DNA of 64,000 nt, taken from positions 1,312,001 to 1,376,000 of the forward strand of contig CAVSZB010000007.1 in assembly GCA_963732385.1 (NCBI GenBank), in the 5' to 3' direction. The notes under the pieces were generated by a model. That model was not told the origin of the DNA. It saw only the letters and a program-made list of their open reading frames with translations, and made no database searches. A program made the position numbers and the translations under genes. Below are positions 52,428 to 62,946 of this stretch, one piece after another. Each line of letters starts with the position of its first letter. Positions within the stretch are counted from its first letter, which is position 1. The DNA is from an uncultured bacterium. GTDB lineage: Bacteria; Krumholzibacteriota; Krumholzibacteriia; LZORAL124-64-63.

Positions 52428-53678
52428 CTACTCGTAGCGGAGCGCCTCCACCGGATCCATCCGCGCCGCGCGGTTGGCCGGGTAGACGCCGAAGATCACC
52501 CCGATCGCGACCGAGAAGAGTACGGCGCCAAGGGTGACCCAGGGGGAGATCGCGAACGGGAAGTGCAGCAGTTTCGTGGTGCCCCAGGAGAGCAGATAGC
52601 CGAAGACGATGCCGACCATGCCACCGATTCCGGTCAGCGTACCGGCTTCGATCAGCACCTGCGTGAGCAGGTCCTGGCGGCGCGCGCCGACCGCCATGCG
52701 GATGCCGATCTCCCGCGTGCGCTCCGTCACCGAGATCAGCATGATGTTCATCACCCCGATGCCGCCGACCATCAGGCCGATCGACGACAACACCACCAGG
52801 ACCAGCGCCACCGCCTGGGTCACCTTGTCCACGAGCTCGCCGTAGGTTTCCGAGGCGACGACCTCGAAATCGTTCGACTCGCCCGGCGCGAGCCGGCGCA
52901 CCTGGCGCAGGGCGCCGATCAGGTCGGTCTGGACGGCATCGGTCTCGAAACCTTCGGCCACCGTGGCGGCCACGTTCCGGTCCTCCTGGTTCTTGTCGGC
53001 GAAGTCCTTTTCGAAGGCGGTCCACGGCACCGCCACGAAGTTGTCGCCGAACGACCCCATCAGCTGTTTGCGCGCCTCCATGGCCCCCACGATCTGGTAG
53101 GGACGGCCGTAGAGGTTGAGCACCTTGCCAATGGGATCCTGGCGCGGGAAGAGATCGGAGCGCGGGCCATTGCCGAGCACGCAGACGCGCGAGCGCGATG
53201 CGACCTCGCCGGCGGTGAAGTAACGCCCGTCCTCGAGCGTGAAGGAGAAGAGATAGGGGAAGTTCTCGCTGGTGCCGAAGACCTGCACGAAGTTCGTGCG
53301 CTCATCCTCGTAGTGCAGGACCGTGCCATCGTTGTTGCTGATGAAGTAGTCGACCCGGTCGACCCCCTCCACGCCGCGCGCCGCCTCGATGCACTCCGGC
53401 TCGATCTGCGGCCGGCGCAACAGCTTCTCGATGTCCTCGCCGCCCATGCCGGTAAAGCGGGCCACGTACAGGTACGGGCGGCCGGCCGACACGATGTCGT
53501 TGCGGATCTTGTTGCTCAACCCGCCCACGATCGTCACGATCGCCAGCAGGGTGGCCACGCCGATCGCCACGCCGAGGATCAGCAGGCCGCTGCGCATCCG
53601 GTGGCCGCGCATGGTGTGCGCGGCCTGTTCGAGGCTCTCCCGGAAGTGCGGAGAGACGCGCTCGTGCAGGTCACTCAT
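52428..53678 (-). CDS. MacB/FtsX-like ABC permease
   Basis: LVGGIGVMNIML-like GGIGVMNIMLISVTERTREIGIRMAVGA, YPANRAARMDPVEALRYE. Confidence 0.92.
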   Translation of the reverse strand: MSDLHERVSPHFRESLEQAAHTMRGHRMRSGLLILGVAIGVATLLAIVTIVGGLSNKIRNDIVSAGRPYLYVARFTGMGGEDIEKLLRRPQIEPECIEAARGVEGVDRVDYFISNNDGTVLHYEDERTNFVQVFGTSENFPYLFSFTLEDGRYFTAGEVASRSRVCVLGNGPRSDLFPRQDPIGKVLNLYGRPYQIVGAMEARKQLMGSFGDNFVAVPWTAFEKDFADKNQEDRNVAATVAEGFETDAVQTDLIGALRQVRRLAPGESNDFEVVASETYGELVDKVTQAVALVLVVLSSIGLMVGGIGVMNIMLISVTERTREIGIRMAVGARRQDLLTQVLIEAGTLTGIGGMVGIVFGYLLSWGTTKLLHFPFAISPWVTLGAVLFSVAIGVIFGVYPANRAARMDPVEALRYE

Positions 53679-54900
53679 AGCGCAGCGCCTCCACCGGGTC
53701 GAGGCTGGCCGCCTTCCAGGCCGGGTAGGTGCCGAAGAACAGCCCGATCAGCAATGTCACGCCGACGCCCAGGCCGATCGCCCAGGCGGCGAACGCGAAC
53801 GGCAGGGGCGACAGCAGGGTGACCAGGCCGGCCAGGCCGAAGCCGAGCGAGATGCCCAATATGCCCCCCACCAGCGAAAGCGTCATCGCCTCCACCAGGA
53901 ACTGCCACAGCACGGCGCCCCGCGTGGCGCCCAGCGCCTTGCGCACGCCGATCTCGCGGGTCCGCTCGGTGACCGCGATCAGCATGATGTTCATGAGCAC
54001 GATGCCGCCGATGACCAGGCTGATGCCGACCAGCGGCGTGAGAGCCCCGTAGATCGCCTTCGAGATGCCGGCCCACAGGCTGAGCAGCTGGTCGGGCGTC
54101 TGCACGGCGAAATCGTCCTCTTCGAGCGGGCGCAGCCGGTGGCGCATCCGCATGAGAAAGCGCGCCTCGTCGCGCACGTCTTCGATCGTGCGCACGTCGC
54201 CGGCGGCCACCTTGATGTCCACCGACTCGCGCGCACCGAACACCTTCTCGTAGGTCGTGATGGGGATCACCGCGAACTGGTTGCGGTTGTTGCCGAGCAC
54301 GGTGCCCCGGTCCTCCGCCACCCCCACGACCTCGAAGTGGCGTGCCCCGATCTTGATCGTGCGTCCGGTGGGGTCGACGATGCCGGGGAACAGGTCGCGC
54401 GCCACATCCCAGCCGATGACCGCCACCGGGCGGCTCGCCGCCACGTCCTGCCGCGCGATGTGGCGGCCGAGCGCCAGCGGGATGTCCTCGAGCAGCGGGT
54501 AATCCTCGGTCTTGCCGCGCACCTGCGCGCGGCGGAACGACCGTGAGCCGGCGCGCAGATTGGCCTGCGTTTCGAGAGCGGCGCCTATCGCGCGCGCCCC
54601 CTCCATCTTGTCCTGAAGCCAGTCGCGGTCGGCCACGGTCAGCTCCGGGTTGTTCAGCGAGCGCAGGAACGCGTCAAAGTCGGTCAGGAACTGCAGACCG
54701 TTGACGCGGGTGATCGTGAAGACGTCGGTGCCCTCGTCGAGCACCTTCTGGCGGGCGTAGGTGTCGATGCCGTTGATCAGCGATACGACCGCGATCACCG
54801 ACATCGTGCCGACGATGTTGCCGAGCAGCGTCAGGAACGTTCGCAACTTGTTCGTGCGGAGGCTCAGCAGGGCGATGCGCGCCCCCTCGAGCAGGTTCAT
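53671..54900 (-). CDS. MacB/FtsX-like ABC permease
   Basis: LRTFLTLLG, GGIVLMNIMLIAVTERTREIGVRKALGA, DPVEALRYE. Confidence 0.92.
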   Translation of the reverse strand: MNLLEGARIALLSLRTNKLRTFLTLLGNIVGTMSVIAVVSLINGIDTYARQKVLDEGTDVFTITRVNGLQFLTDFDAFLRSLNNPELTVADRDWLQDKMEGARAIGAALETQANLRAGSRSFRRAQVRGKTEDYPLLEDIPLALGRHIARQDVAASRPVAVIGWDVARDLFPGIVDPTGRTIKIGARHFEVVGVAEDRGTVLGNNRNQFAVIPITTYEKVFGARESVDIKVAAGDVRTIEDVRDEARFLMRMRHRLRPLEEDDFAVQTPDQLLSLWAGISKAIYGALTPLVGISLVIGGIVLMNIMLIAVTERTREIGVRKALGATRGAVLWQFLVEAMTLSLVGGILGISLGFGLAGLVTLLSPLPFAFAAWAIGLGVGVTLLIGLFFGTYPAWKAASLDPVEALRYE

Positions 54901-54945
54901 GCCGCCGCCCCCCCAGCCGTACGCGGGTTCATCGTGGTCACGCCG

Positions 54946-56283
54946 TCAGTCCCCGCTGCGGCTGTCGTCGCGCCCGCCGCTGCCCGAACCCCTGCCCTTG
55001 GCCTTGACCTTGACCGCCTTGACCTTGTCGCCGTGCTGGAGGTCGCGCAGCCTGCGGAACGGTCCGGTGACGAGCGTTTCGCCCCCCGAGAGGCCCTCGA
55101 TAACCTCGAAGGCGTCGTCGCCCGCGATGCCGAGCTTGACCGGCCGGAAGCTGGCCAAGCCGTTCTCGACCACGAACACCCCCTCCTTCTCCTTCTCCTT
55201 CTCCTTGCCCTTGCCCTTGCCCTTGCCGGCCTTCGCGGAGCTGTCAGCCGCTGCGGGCGCGGGGGGGGTCTTCGCACCGCGACGGCCGCTGCGCGCGAGC
55301 TTGGGGTCGGGCGGCCACTTGCGCGCCGTCACCGCGCCCATCGGCGCGGCGACGACCTGCTTGCGCTCCGCGGTGGTGATCTCGGCTTTCGCCGTCAGAC
55401 CGGGCCGCACGTCCGGCACGCGGTTGTCGAGTGCGATCTTGACCTCGAAGTCGACGGCCTGCTGGCCGGTGCCGGACCCGGTCAGAATGGGACTGTTGCC
55501 GATCTCGGAGACATGGCCCACGAACGAGGTGTCGGGAAAGGCGTCGATCTCGATCTTCGCCAGCTGCCCCACCGCCACTTTCACCACTTCGGTCTCGTCG
55601 ACCTGCACGCGCGCCTCGAGCAGGCCGAGGTCGGAAATGACCGCGAGCACGGTGCCCGGATTGTTGATCGTGCCCATGATCGCGCTCTCCCCCTCCTTCA
55701 CGTTGAGCCGGGTGACCAGCCCGGCCATCGGCGCGGTAATCGTGCAGCGGCTCAGGTTGTGGCGCGCCTGTTCGAGACCGGCCACCTGCTGGTGCAGGCG
55801 GCTGCGCGACGCCTCGACCGTGGCGCGCTGCACCCGATCGGCCGTTTCGGCGATGGTCAACTGTTCCTGCGACTGCAGGCCCTCCTGGAACAAGGCGCGC
55901 ATCCGCTCCAGATCGAGCGTCGCCTTGTCGACCTGCGCCTCGGACAGTCGCAGGTCGGCCTGCGACGTCCGCACGGCCGCTTCGTAGCTGCGGACCGTGG
56001 AGGCATACTCCGTGGGATCGATCTCCAGCATGAACTGCCCCGGCGTGACCGTGTCCCCCTCCGCCACATCCAGCCGCGTGATCTTGCCGAGCACCGTGGC
56101 GCTGATGTTCACCGCCTCTTTGGCGTCGATCGTTCCCGAGGCCGTGACGACGGCGGTCAGGTCCTGACGCCCAACCTTCGCCATTTCAACCGGTGTGCCA
56201 CGCTCGCGCGTACGACCGAGATTCACCCCAACGAGGGCGATCAGCAGGACCGCGCCCCCTCCGATGAGCCAACCCTTCTTCAC
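54946..56283 (-). CDS. Efflux periplasmic adaptor (MacA/YknX-like)
   Basis: N-terminal TM; ASGTI..GKITRLDVAEGD, coiled coil, ITAPMAG, VDETEV. Confidence 0.9.
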   Translation of the reverse strand: MKKGWLIGGGAVLLIALVGVNLGRTRERGTPVEMAKVGRQDLTAVVTASGTIDAKEAVNISATVLGKITRLDVAEGDTVTPGQFMLEIDPTEYASTVRSYEAAVRTSQADLRLSEAQVDKATLDLERMRALFQEGLQSQEQLTIAETADRVQRATVEASRSRLHQQVAGLEQARHNLSRCTITAPMAGLVTRLNVKEGESAIMGTINNPGTVLAVISDLGLLEARVQVDETEVVKVAVGQLAKIEIDAFPDTSFVGHVSEIGNSPILTGSGTGQQAVDFEVKIALDNRVPDVRPGLTAKAEITTAERKQVVAAPMGAVTARKWPPDPKLARSGRRGAKTPPAPAAADSSAKAGKGKGKGKEKEKEKEGVFVVENGLASFRPVKLGIAGDDAFEVIEGLSGGETLVTGPFRRLRDLQHGDKVKAVKVKAKGRGSGSGGRDDSRSGD

Positions 56284-56325
56284 TGAGACCTCCCCGCCGC
56301 GACCGGCTGGCGCCGGCCGCCGCGC

Positions 56326-57081
56326 CTAGAGAAACAACCGGCCGATACCGATCATGATCAAACTCATGAGCAGCCACGGCAGGACGGTGACCACGACGGC
56401 CTTGCCGCGAGCAAACCCGTGGATCTTCTCGAAACCGATGACCATGACCGCCACGGCCCAGATCGAGAACAGATCGAAAATGCTCAGGAGCTGATATCCG
56501 AGCGAGAGCGGATCCCCCGGTGCGAACGCGCCAAGACCGGTGCTGACCTCCATCACAGAATGCCTGGCGATGATCAGCGGCAGCTTCACGAGTGAGCCGA
56601 GGCCGTAGGAGATCAGGGCGGCCCAGAAAACGACGCCCATCACCTGTTTGAAGGTTCCGGTGCCGCCGGCCAGCTTGCCGAAGAGCAGGAAGACGAGACC
56701 CGATATGAACACCGCGATCCAGCCACCCGCGGCGGCCGAGATGGCGGTGGCGACACGCTTGGCCGGGCTCGGGTTGAGGGCCTGTTCCTCGGCCACCTGG
56801 ATCTGCTCCGGGGTCATCATGCGGCCGAGCTTCGTCTCCTTCATAATGTCGATCTGTTCCGGACCGGAGATGGTCGTGGTCAGGGCGGAGAAGAGCGCCA
56901 TCACAGCCATGATCAACAGCCCGGCGACCAGCCAGCGGGGATTGGCCTTCGCGGCCTCCATCGCCCGCCCGGGGGCCGTGAAGACCGCGATCAGACGCGC
57001 AAACAGTCCTGGCTCCGGACCCGTGGGCGAGGCAGGCTCGGGCGACGAAGGCATCGCCGGTTTCCAGGTCTCGTCCTGCAT
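56326..57081 (-). CDS. Yip1-domain membrane protein (YknW-like)
   Basis: VFTAPGRAM, multiple TM segments, IFDLFSIW; AGGAGG RBS. Confidence 0.8.
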   Translation of the reverse strand: MQDETWKPAMPSSPEPASPTGPEPGLFARLIAVFTAPGRAMEAAKANPRWLVAGLLIMAVMALFSALTTTISGPEQIDIMKETKLGRMMTPEQIQVAEEQALNPSPAKRVATAISAAAGGWIAVFISGLVFLLFGKLAGGTGTFKQVMGVVFWAALISYGLGSLVKLPLIIARHSVMEVSTGLGAFAPGDPLSLGYQLLSIFDLFSIWAVAVMVIGFEKIHGFARGKAVVVTVLPWLLMSLIMIGIGRLFL

Positions 57082-57194
57082 CGTACTCTCCTCCTGCTGG
57101 GGTACGGTCCGGCTCCGCGCGGGCGTCCATACGGAACACCGACCCGGCGGGTTGCGGCAAGGGTGCCGGGCCCTCTACCCGGCACGGTCGCACT

Positions 57195-58214
57195 CTATTC
57201 CAGACGCAGCGCCGCCAGCCGCGCGCGCAGCGCCCTCCCCGTCGATGCCAGAGGCGAATCGGGAGCGCCCGCGGGGCCGAGCCGCGGATCCGGGCTCCCG
57301 CCGGCACAGGCCGCCAGAAATTCGCGCGCGAAGGCGCCGCTCTCGATCTCGTCGAGCAGGTGCGACATCGCGGCCCGGCTTTCGGGGCCGATCACGCGCG
57401 GACCGCGCGTGGCGCCGCCGTAGGCCGCGGTGCGGCTGACCAGCCTCTGCAGGCCGTCGACACCGTGCCGGTGCAGCAGATCCGCGATCAGCTTCACCTC
57501 GTGCACGCATTCGAAGTAGGCGCCCTGTGCACTGTAGCCGCGGGCGGTCAGCGTCTCGAAAGCGGCCCGCACCAGCTCGATCAGGCCGCCGCAGAGAACC
57601 GCCTGTTCGCCGAACTGGTCGGTCACACACTCCTCGCGGAAGGTCGTGGCATAGCCGCCGCCGCGCAGGAACCCGGCCGCCTTCGCGTAGGCAGCGGCCA
57701 GTTCCCAGGTGCCGACGGGCGATCCGTCGGTCACGGCCAGCAGCCCCGGCAGGCCGCCTCCCGCGCGGTATGCCTCGCGCAGCATGTCCCCCTGCCCCTT
57801 GGGCGCCGCCAGGAAACAGGGGCGCCCCGGCTCCGGCGCGATCTGCCCGAAGGCGACGGCGAACCCGTGCGCGAAGCCGAGCGCCGCGCCGGGGCGCAGG
57901 GCCGGCCCGACCACGTCGCGATAGAGCAGGCCCTGCAGTTCGTCCGGCAGGAGCAGCATGACCACGTCACCGGCCATCGCGGCCGCCGACAGGGGCGCCG
58001 GCAGGAAACCGTCGGCAGCGGCGTAAGCGGCGCCCGCACCTCCGGCACGGGCCCCCACGACAACCTCCACGCCACTGTCGCGCAGGTTCAGCGCCTGGGC
58101 GCGCCCCTGATTTCCGTAGCCTATCACCGTCACGCACGCGCCGTTGAGCGGCGCCATCGACACCTCGTCCGGCTCGAAAACAGGGCGCGGCGGAGGAAAG
58201 GGGGCGAGGGGCAT
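57195..58214 (-). CDS. ilvC: Ketol-acid reductoisomerase (class I)
   Basis: IGYGNQGRAQALNLRDSG, LLPDE, FAHGF, TDQFGEQAVLCGG, AYFECVHEVKLIADL. Confidence 0.9.
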   Translation of the reverse strand: MPLAPFPPPRPVFEPDEVSMAPLNGACVTVIGYGNQGRAQALNLRDSGVEVVVGARAGGAGAAYAAADGFLPAPLSAAAMAGDVVMLLLPDELQGLLYRDVVGPALRPGAALGFAHGFAVAFGQIAPEPGRPCFLAAPKGQGDMLREAYRAGGGLPGLLAVTDGSPVGTWELAAAYAKAAGFLRGGGYATTFREECVTDQFGEQAVLCGGLIELVRAAFETLTARGYSAQGAYFECVHEVKLIADLLHRHGVDGLQRLVSRTAAYGGATRGPRVIGPESRAAMSHLLDEIESGAFAREFLAACAGGSPDPRLGPAGAPDSPLASTGRALRARLAALRLE

Positions 58215-58266
58215 CCGGCTGACCTCCTGAAACCGGGGCACGCAAGTCTACGCGGGGCGCGCGATC

Positions 58267-58295
58267 TTGACAAGGCAAGGCTGCTCCTCTAGATT
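58267..58295 (+). promoter_or_regulatory. sigma70 promoter of the tRNA-tilS-ftsH operon
   Basis: TTGACA-N17-TAGATT. Confidence 0.75.
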
Positions 58296-58353
58296 GAGCG
58301 GCCACGCTCGGTTAGCGCGGCCCCTGCCACGCGCCGGGCAGTTCCGACCGGGT

Positions 58354-58430
58354 GCCGGCATAGCTCAGCTGGTTAGAGCAGCGGAATCATAATCCGCGTG
58401 TCCGGGGTTCAAATCCCTGTGCCGGCACCA
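58354..58430 (+). tRNA. tRNA with CAT anticodon (most likely elongator Met)
   Basis: GCCGGCA TAGCTCAGCTGGTTAGAGCA GCGGA AT CAT AA TCCGC..GGTTCAAATCC..TGCCGGC ACCA; paired G1-C72, so not an initiator. Confidence 0.92.
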
Positions 58431-58490
58431 GCTTCTCCTTCGGTCCGGTCACCGGCGCCGCCGGCCGGCCGGCCGGCCCCGGAGACGCCT

Positions 58491-59891
58491 TTGCCTGAGC
58501 ACCCGTTCATCCGCCGTCTCCTGCCCCACCTCGACACTCTCGTTCGCCAGGCCGCGTCTGCCACCAACCCTGCGGCAACCGGACTGTTGGTCGCCCTGTC
58601 GGGCGGACCCGATTCCGTGGCGCTGCTGCTCCTCGCGCACGCCCGATCCACGGCGACCGGCGCGCCGCTGGCGGCGGCCCACCTCAACCACCGCCTGCGC
58701 GGAGACCAGTCCGAGGCGGACGAGGCGTTCTGCCGCGATCTGTGCGCCCGGCTCGCCGTGCCGCTGCATGTGGCGCGCATCGACCCGCGCGCTCTGGCCC
58801 GCCGGCGCGGCCTCGGGCTGGAGGAGGCGGGCCGCCGCCTGCGCCGTCGGCTGCTGGCCCGACTGCTCTCCGCCCAGCCGGACGACCTGGCCTGCGCCGC
58901 CACCGGCCACCACCGGGATGATCAGGCCGAAACCGTCATCATGCGCCTGTTCCGCGGCGCCGGGCTGGACGGGATGCGCGGCATCCGTCCGGTCGCCGGC
59001 CGCATCATCCATCCCCTGCTCGCCACCGACCGACGCGAAATTCTCGCCTTCCTCACGGACTGCGGCCAACTGTGGCGCGAGGACGCCACCAACGCCACCG
59101 GCGACGCGGTCCGGTCGCGCCTGCGCCGCGAGCTGCTGCCGCTGGTGCGCGACATCTTCGGCGCCGGCGCCGCCCGCGGCCCGGTGCGGCTGGCCGGCCT
59201 GCTCGACGCTGACGCCGGCCTGCTCGACCGGCAGGCCCGCGCCGCCCTCGCCGTCGCCACCGCACCCGGCGACGAGCCGGCGCTCACGGTGGCCGCGCTC
59301 CTCGCCCTGGAGACGCCGATCGCCCGCCGGGTCCTGCGGCTCCATCTGGCCGAGCACCATGGCCGGCGCCGGGACTTTGGCCAGGTGCACGCGGACGGCC
59401 TGCTGGCGTGGCTGGCCGGCGCGGTGTCGGGGCACGGGATCGACCTGCCGGGAGGCTGGCGCGCCAAACTGGATTTCGATCGCCTCCGCTTCCACCCCCC
59501 CGCCCCGGCCCACCTGCCGGAGAACGGGATTTTTCATATCTTGACGCTTGCCCCCGCTGAGACGCCGCCCCCTGCCGGCCCCGGCGAGGGACTCTGGACG
59601 CTGGACCTGCCGCCGGACACCCTGCGGGGAGCGCCGCATGTGCGCCCCTGGAGGCCCGGCGACCGACTGCGTCTCCCGGGGCTGGGAGGGCGCAGGAAGG
59701 TGAGCGACCTGCTGCGCGAACGGCGCGTGCCGGTGGGTCGGCGGGGCAATGTGCTGGTCGTTGAAGATGATGGCGGTCTTCTTTGGGTGGTCGGGCTGGC
59801 GTGTGACAGTCGCTGCGTCAGGTTGCCGGGAACGCAACCGGCCCTTACACTCGTCGTTCGTGCGCCCCGGCCCCGCGGGGACCGCCACTGA
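58491..59891 (+). CDS. tilS: tRNA(Ile)-lysidine synthetase
   Basis: ALSGGPDS, HLNHRLRG, TGHHRDDQAET, C-terminal RPWRPGDR..RKVSDL. Confidence 0.9.
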   Translation: MPEHPFIRRLLPHLDTLVRQAASATNPAATGLLVALSGGPDSVALLLLAHARSTATGAPLAAAHLNHRLRGDQSEADEAFCRDLCARLAVPLHVARIDPRALARRRGLGLEEAGRRLRRRLLARLLSAQPDDLACAATGHHRDDQAETVIMRLFRGAGLDGMRGIRPVAGRIIHPLLATDRREILAFLTDCGQLWREDATNATGDAVRSRLRRELLPLVRDIFGAGAARGPVRLAGLLDADAGLLDRQARAALAVATAPGDEPALTVAALLALETPIARRVLRLHLAEHHGRRRDFGQVHADGLLAWLAGAVSGHGIDLPGGWRAKLDFDRLRFHPPAPAHLPENGIFHILTLAPAETPPPAGPGEGLWTLDLPPDTLRGAPHVRPWRPGDRLRLPGLGGRRKVSDLLRERRVPVGRRGNVLVVEDDGGLLWVVGLACDSRCVRLPGTQPALTLVVRAPRPRGDRH

Positions 59892-59918
59892 TCCGGTCAG
59901 GAAAGGACGAACCGCGCG

Positions 59919-61981
59919 ATGTCGATGAATCCCAATCCCCGGAACCAGACGCCCCAGGGCGACGGCCGCCCCCCCTGCCCCGCCCCGGCCGCCGAGGCCT
60001 CATCCCCAACCGCACGGCCGGATTCTGGATCCTGCTCCTTTTGCTCTTCTTCGTCGCCGTCAGGATGATGTACACCGACAAGCGCGTGGTCTACGAAGTG
60101 AGCTGGTCGGCGTTCCAGGAACAGGTGGAGGCCGGCAACATCGCCACCCTCACGAAGACGAACCTGCTCGTGGAGGGGGATTTCAAGAAGAGCACGCCGA
60201 TCACGCTCGACAACGGCTCCGTGCAGGGGGTCCAGAGTTTCAAGCTGATCCTGCTGACCGAAGACCCGCGCTTCCCCGACTGGGTACGGGAGAAGAACCC
60301 GCAGGCCAAGCTCAAGGGCGCCCAGCCGAAAATCAACTGGCTCTCCACGGTGCTGACATATTACCTGCCGTTCCTGCTCATCCTCGTGCTGTGGATCTTC
60401 TTCATCCGACAGATGCAGGGCGGCGGGAACAAGGCGTTCAGCTTCGGCAAGAGCCGGGCGAAACTCGTCAATATGGACAAGCCGACGATCACGTTCGAAG
60501 ACGTGGCCGGCTGTGATGAGGCCAAGGTCGAGCTGCAGGAGATCATCGAATTCCTGCGCTCGCCCAAGAAATTCCAGCGCCTCGGTGGACGCATCCCCAA
60601 AGGCGCGCTGCTGGTCGGCGCGCCCGGCACCGGCAAGACCCTGCTCGCTCGCGCCGTGGCCGGCGAGGCGGCCGTGCCGTTCTTCAGCATGTCCGGCTCG
60701 GATTTCGTGGAGATGTTCGTCGGCGTGGGCGCCTCGCGCGTGCGCGACCTGTTCGAGCAGGGCAAAAAGAACGCCCCCTGCATCATATTCATCGACGAAA
60801 TCGACGCCGTGGGGCGGCACCGCGGCGCCGGCCTCGGCGGCGGCCATGACGAACGGGAGCAGACGCTCAACCAGCTGCTGGTCGAAATGGACGGCTTCGA
60901 ATCGACCGAAGGCGTCATCCTCGTCGCCGCCACGAACCGCCCCGACGTGCTTGATCCCGCGCTGCTGCGCCCCGGCCGTTTCGACCGCCAGATCGTCGTG
61001 GACATGCCCGACCTGACCGGTCGCGAGGCGATCCTCAAGGTGCACATGCGCAAGATCACGGCCGACCCCGGCATCGCCCTGCGGGATCTGGCGGCCGGCA
61101 CGCCCGGCATGTCGGGCGCCGATCTCGAAAACATGGTGAACGAAGCGGCGCTGCTGGCCGCGCGCAAGAACCGCGAAGCCGTCACGACCGCCGATTTCGA
61201 GGACGCCAAAGAGAAGGTCATGCTCGGACCGGAGCGCCGCAGCCGCATTTTCACCGAGAAGCAGAAGCGCGAAACCGCCTTCCACGAGGCGGGCCATGCC
61301 GTGGTCGCCTACCAGTGCGAGCATGCCGACCCCGTGCACAAGGTGACGATCATCCCGCGGGGACAGGCGCTCGGCGTCACGTGGCGGCTCCCCGACGAGG
61401 ACGAGTACACCTGGGTCGAGCAGAAGTACCTCGACACGATCTGCGTCGCCATCGGCGGACGCGCCGCCGAGGAGATCTTCCTCGGCCGTTTCGGTTCCGG
61501 AGCCTATGACGACATCCGGCGCCTCACCCAGATGGCGCGCGCGATGGTCGCCAACCTCGGCATGAGCCGCAAACTCGGACCGATCTCCTTCGACGACGGC
61601 GCGGAGCAGGTCTTCCTCGGCCGCGATTTCGCGCGTCGCCGCACGATGAGCGAGCGCACGCTCGAAACCATCGACGAGGAAGTGGCGACGATCGTCCATA
61701 AGCAGCTCGATCGGGCACGGGCGATCCTGCACGAGTTCCACGACAAGGTCGAAGTCATGGCCGACGCACTGCTCGAGCGCGAATCGCTCAGCCGGGCCGA
61801 CATCAAGCTGATCATGACCGGCGAATCGCTGCCGCCGCCGCCGGTTCCGGACGCGACTCCCGCGCCGGCCGTCGTCGGGGACGCTGCCGCCCCCGACGAC
61901 GACCCGGACGCAAAGCCGCAGGACGGGACCGCCGACGCGCCGCCCGCCCCGCCGACGGATCCGGACGGGCCGACCTCTTGA
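59919..61981 (+). CDS. ftsH: ATP-dependent zinc metalloprotease FtsH (apparent frameshift at a C7 tract near the N-terminus)
   Basis: [42 protein letters not shown] 59919 has an AAAGGA RBS and joins the main frame if the C run at 59969-59975 is 8 nt. Confidence 0.92.
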
Positions 61982-62877
61982 GCGCCCCGCCGGCCGGCCC
62001 GGCGCCTCCCCCCTTCACCGCCCCGACGTGGCGGCTGGGCGAACGGTGTCTTACGCCGCCCGGCCGCCCCCTCGTGATGGGCGTGGTCAACCTCACCCCC
62101 GACAGCTTTTTCCCCGCCTCGCGCCGCAGCGATCCCGGACCGGCGGTGGAGGCGGCCCTGCGCCTGGCCGACGAGGGAGCCGATCTGCTCGACCTCGGCG
62201 CGGTCTCCTCCCGTCCCGGCGCCGCGCCGGTGTCGGAGGCGCAGGAGCAGGCGCGTCTGCTGCCGACGCTGCGCGCCCTGCGCCTGCGCACGGAACTGCC
62301 GCTCACGATCGATACCACGAGCGCCGCCACCGCCCGCCTTGCGCTCGACGCCGGCGCCGACGGCATCAATGACATCACGGCCGGCCTGGGCGATCCCGGG
62401 CTGCTGCCGCTCGCGGCCCGGCGCGGCTGCGGTCTGGTCCTGATGCACATGCAGGGCGACCCGCGCACCATGCAAAACGACCCTCGCTACGGCGACCCGG
62501 CGGTCGAGGTGCGCGACTTCCTGGCGGACCGGGTCGCGGCCGCCCGCGCGGCGGGCGTCGATGGCGACCGGATCGCCGTGGACCCCGGCCTCGGCTTCGG
62601 CAAACGCCTGGCGGACAACCTGGCGCTGCTGGCGACGTTGCGGGATCTCGGGGGCGGACAGCCACTGCTGCTGGGCGCCTCGCGCAAGAGTTTCATCGCC
62701 GACCTGACCGGGGCGCCGGTGGAGGCGCGGCTGCCGGGCAGCCTGGCCGCCCTCGCCGCCGCCTTCGCCGGAGGCGCCGCCGTGGTGCGCATGCACGACG
62801 TGGCGGCCTCGCGGCAGTTCCTGACCGTCCTCGCCGCCATCGCGGCCGCGGGGCGATCCGCCACGTTCACTGGTTGA
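61978..62877 (+). CDS. folP: Dihydropteroate synthase
   Basis: MGVVNLTPDSF, SSRPGA, LMHMQGDP, DPGLGFGK, GASRK, RMHDV. Confidence 0.93.
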   Translation: MSAPPAGPAPPPFTAPTWRLGERCLTPPGRPLVMGVVNLTPDSFFPASRRSDPGPAVEAALRLADEGADLLDLGAVSSRPGAAPVSEAQEQARLLPTLRALRLRTELPLTIDTTSAATARLALDAGADGINDITAGLGDPGLLPLAARRGCGLVLMHMQGDPRTMQNDPRYGDPAVEVRDFLADRVAAARAAGVDGDRIAVDPGLGFGKRLADNLALLATLRDLGGGQPLLLGASRKSFIADLTGAPVEARLPGSLAALAAAFAGGAAVVRMHDVAASRQFLTVLAAIAAAGRSATFTG

Positions 62878-62946
62878 GCCGGCCCGGGCCGGCTGTTAAA
62901 CTGCCGCGGGGACCGTATGGGGCGGCCGCCGCGTGGGAGTGCGGAC

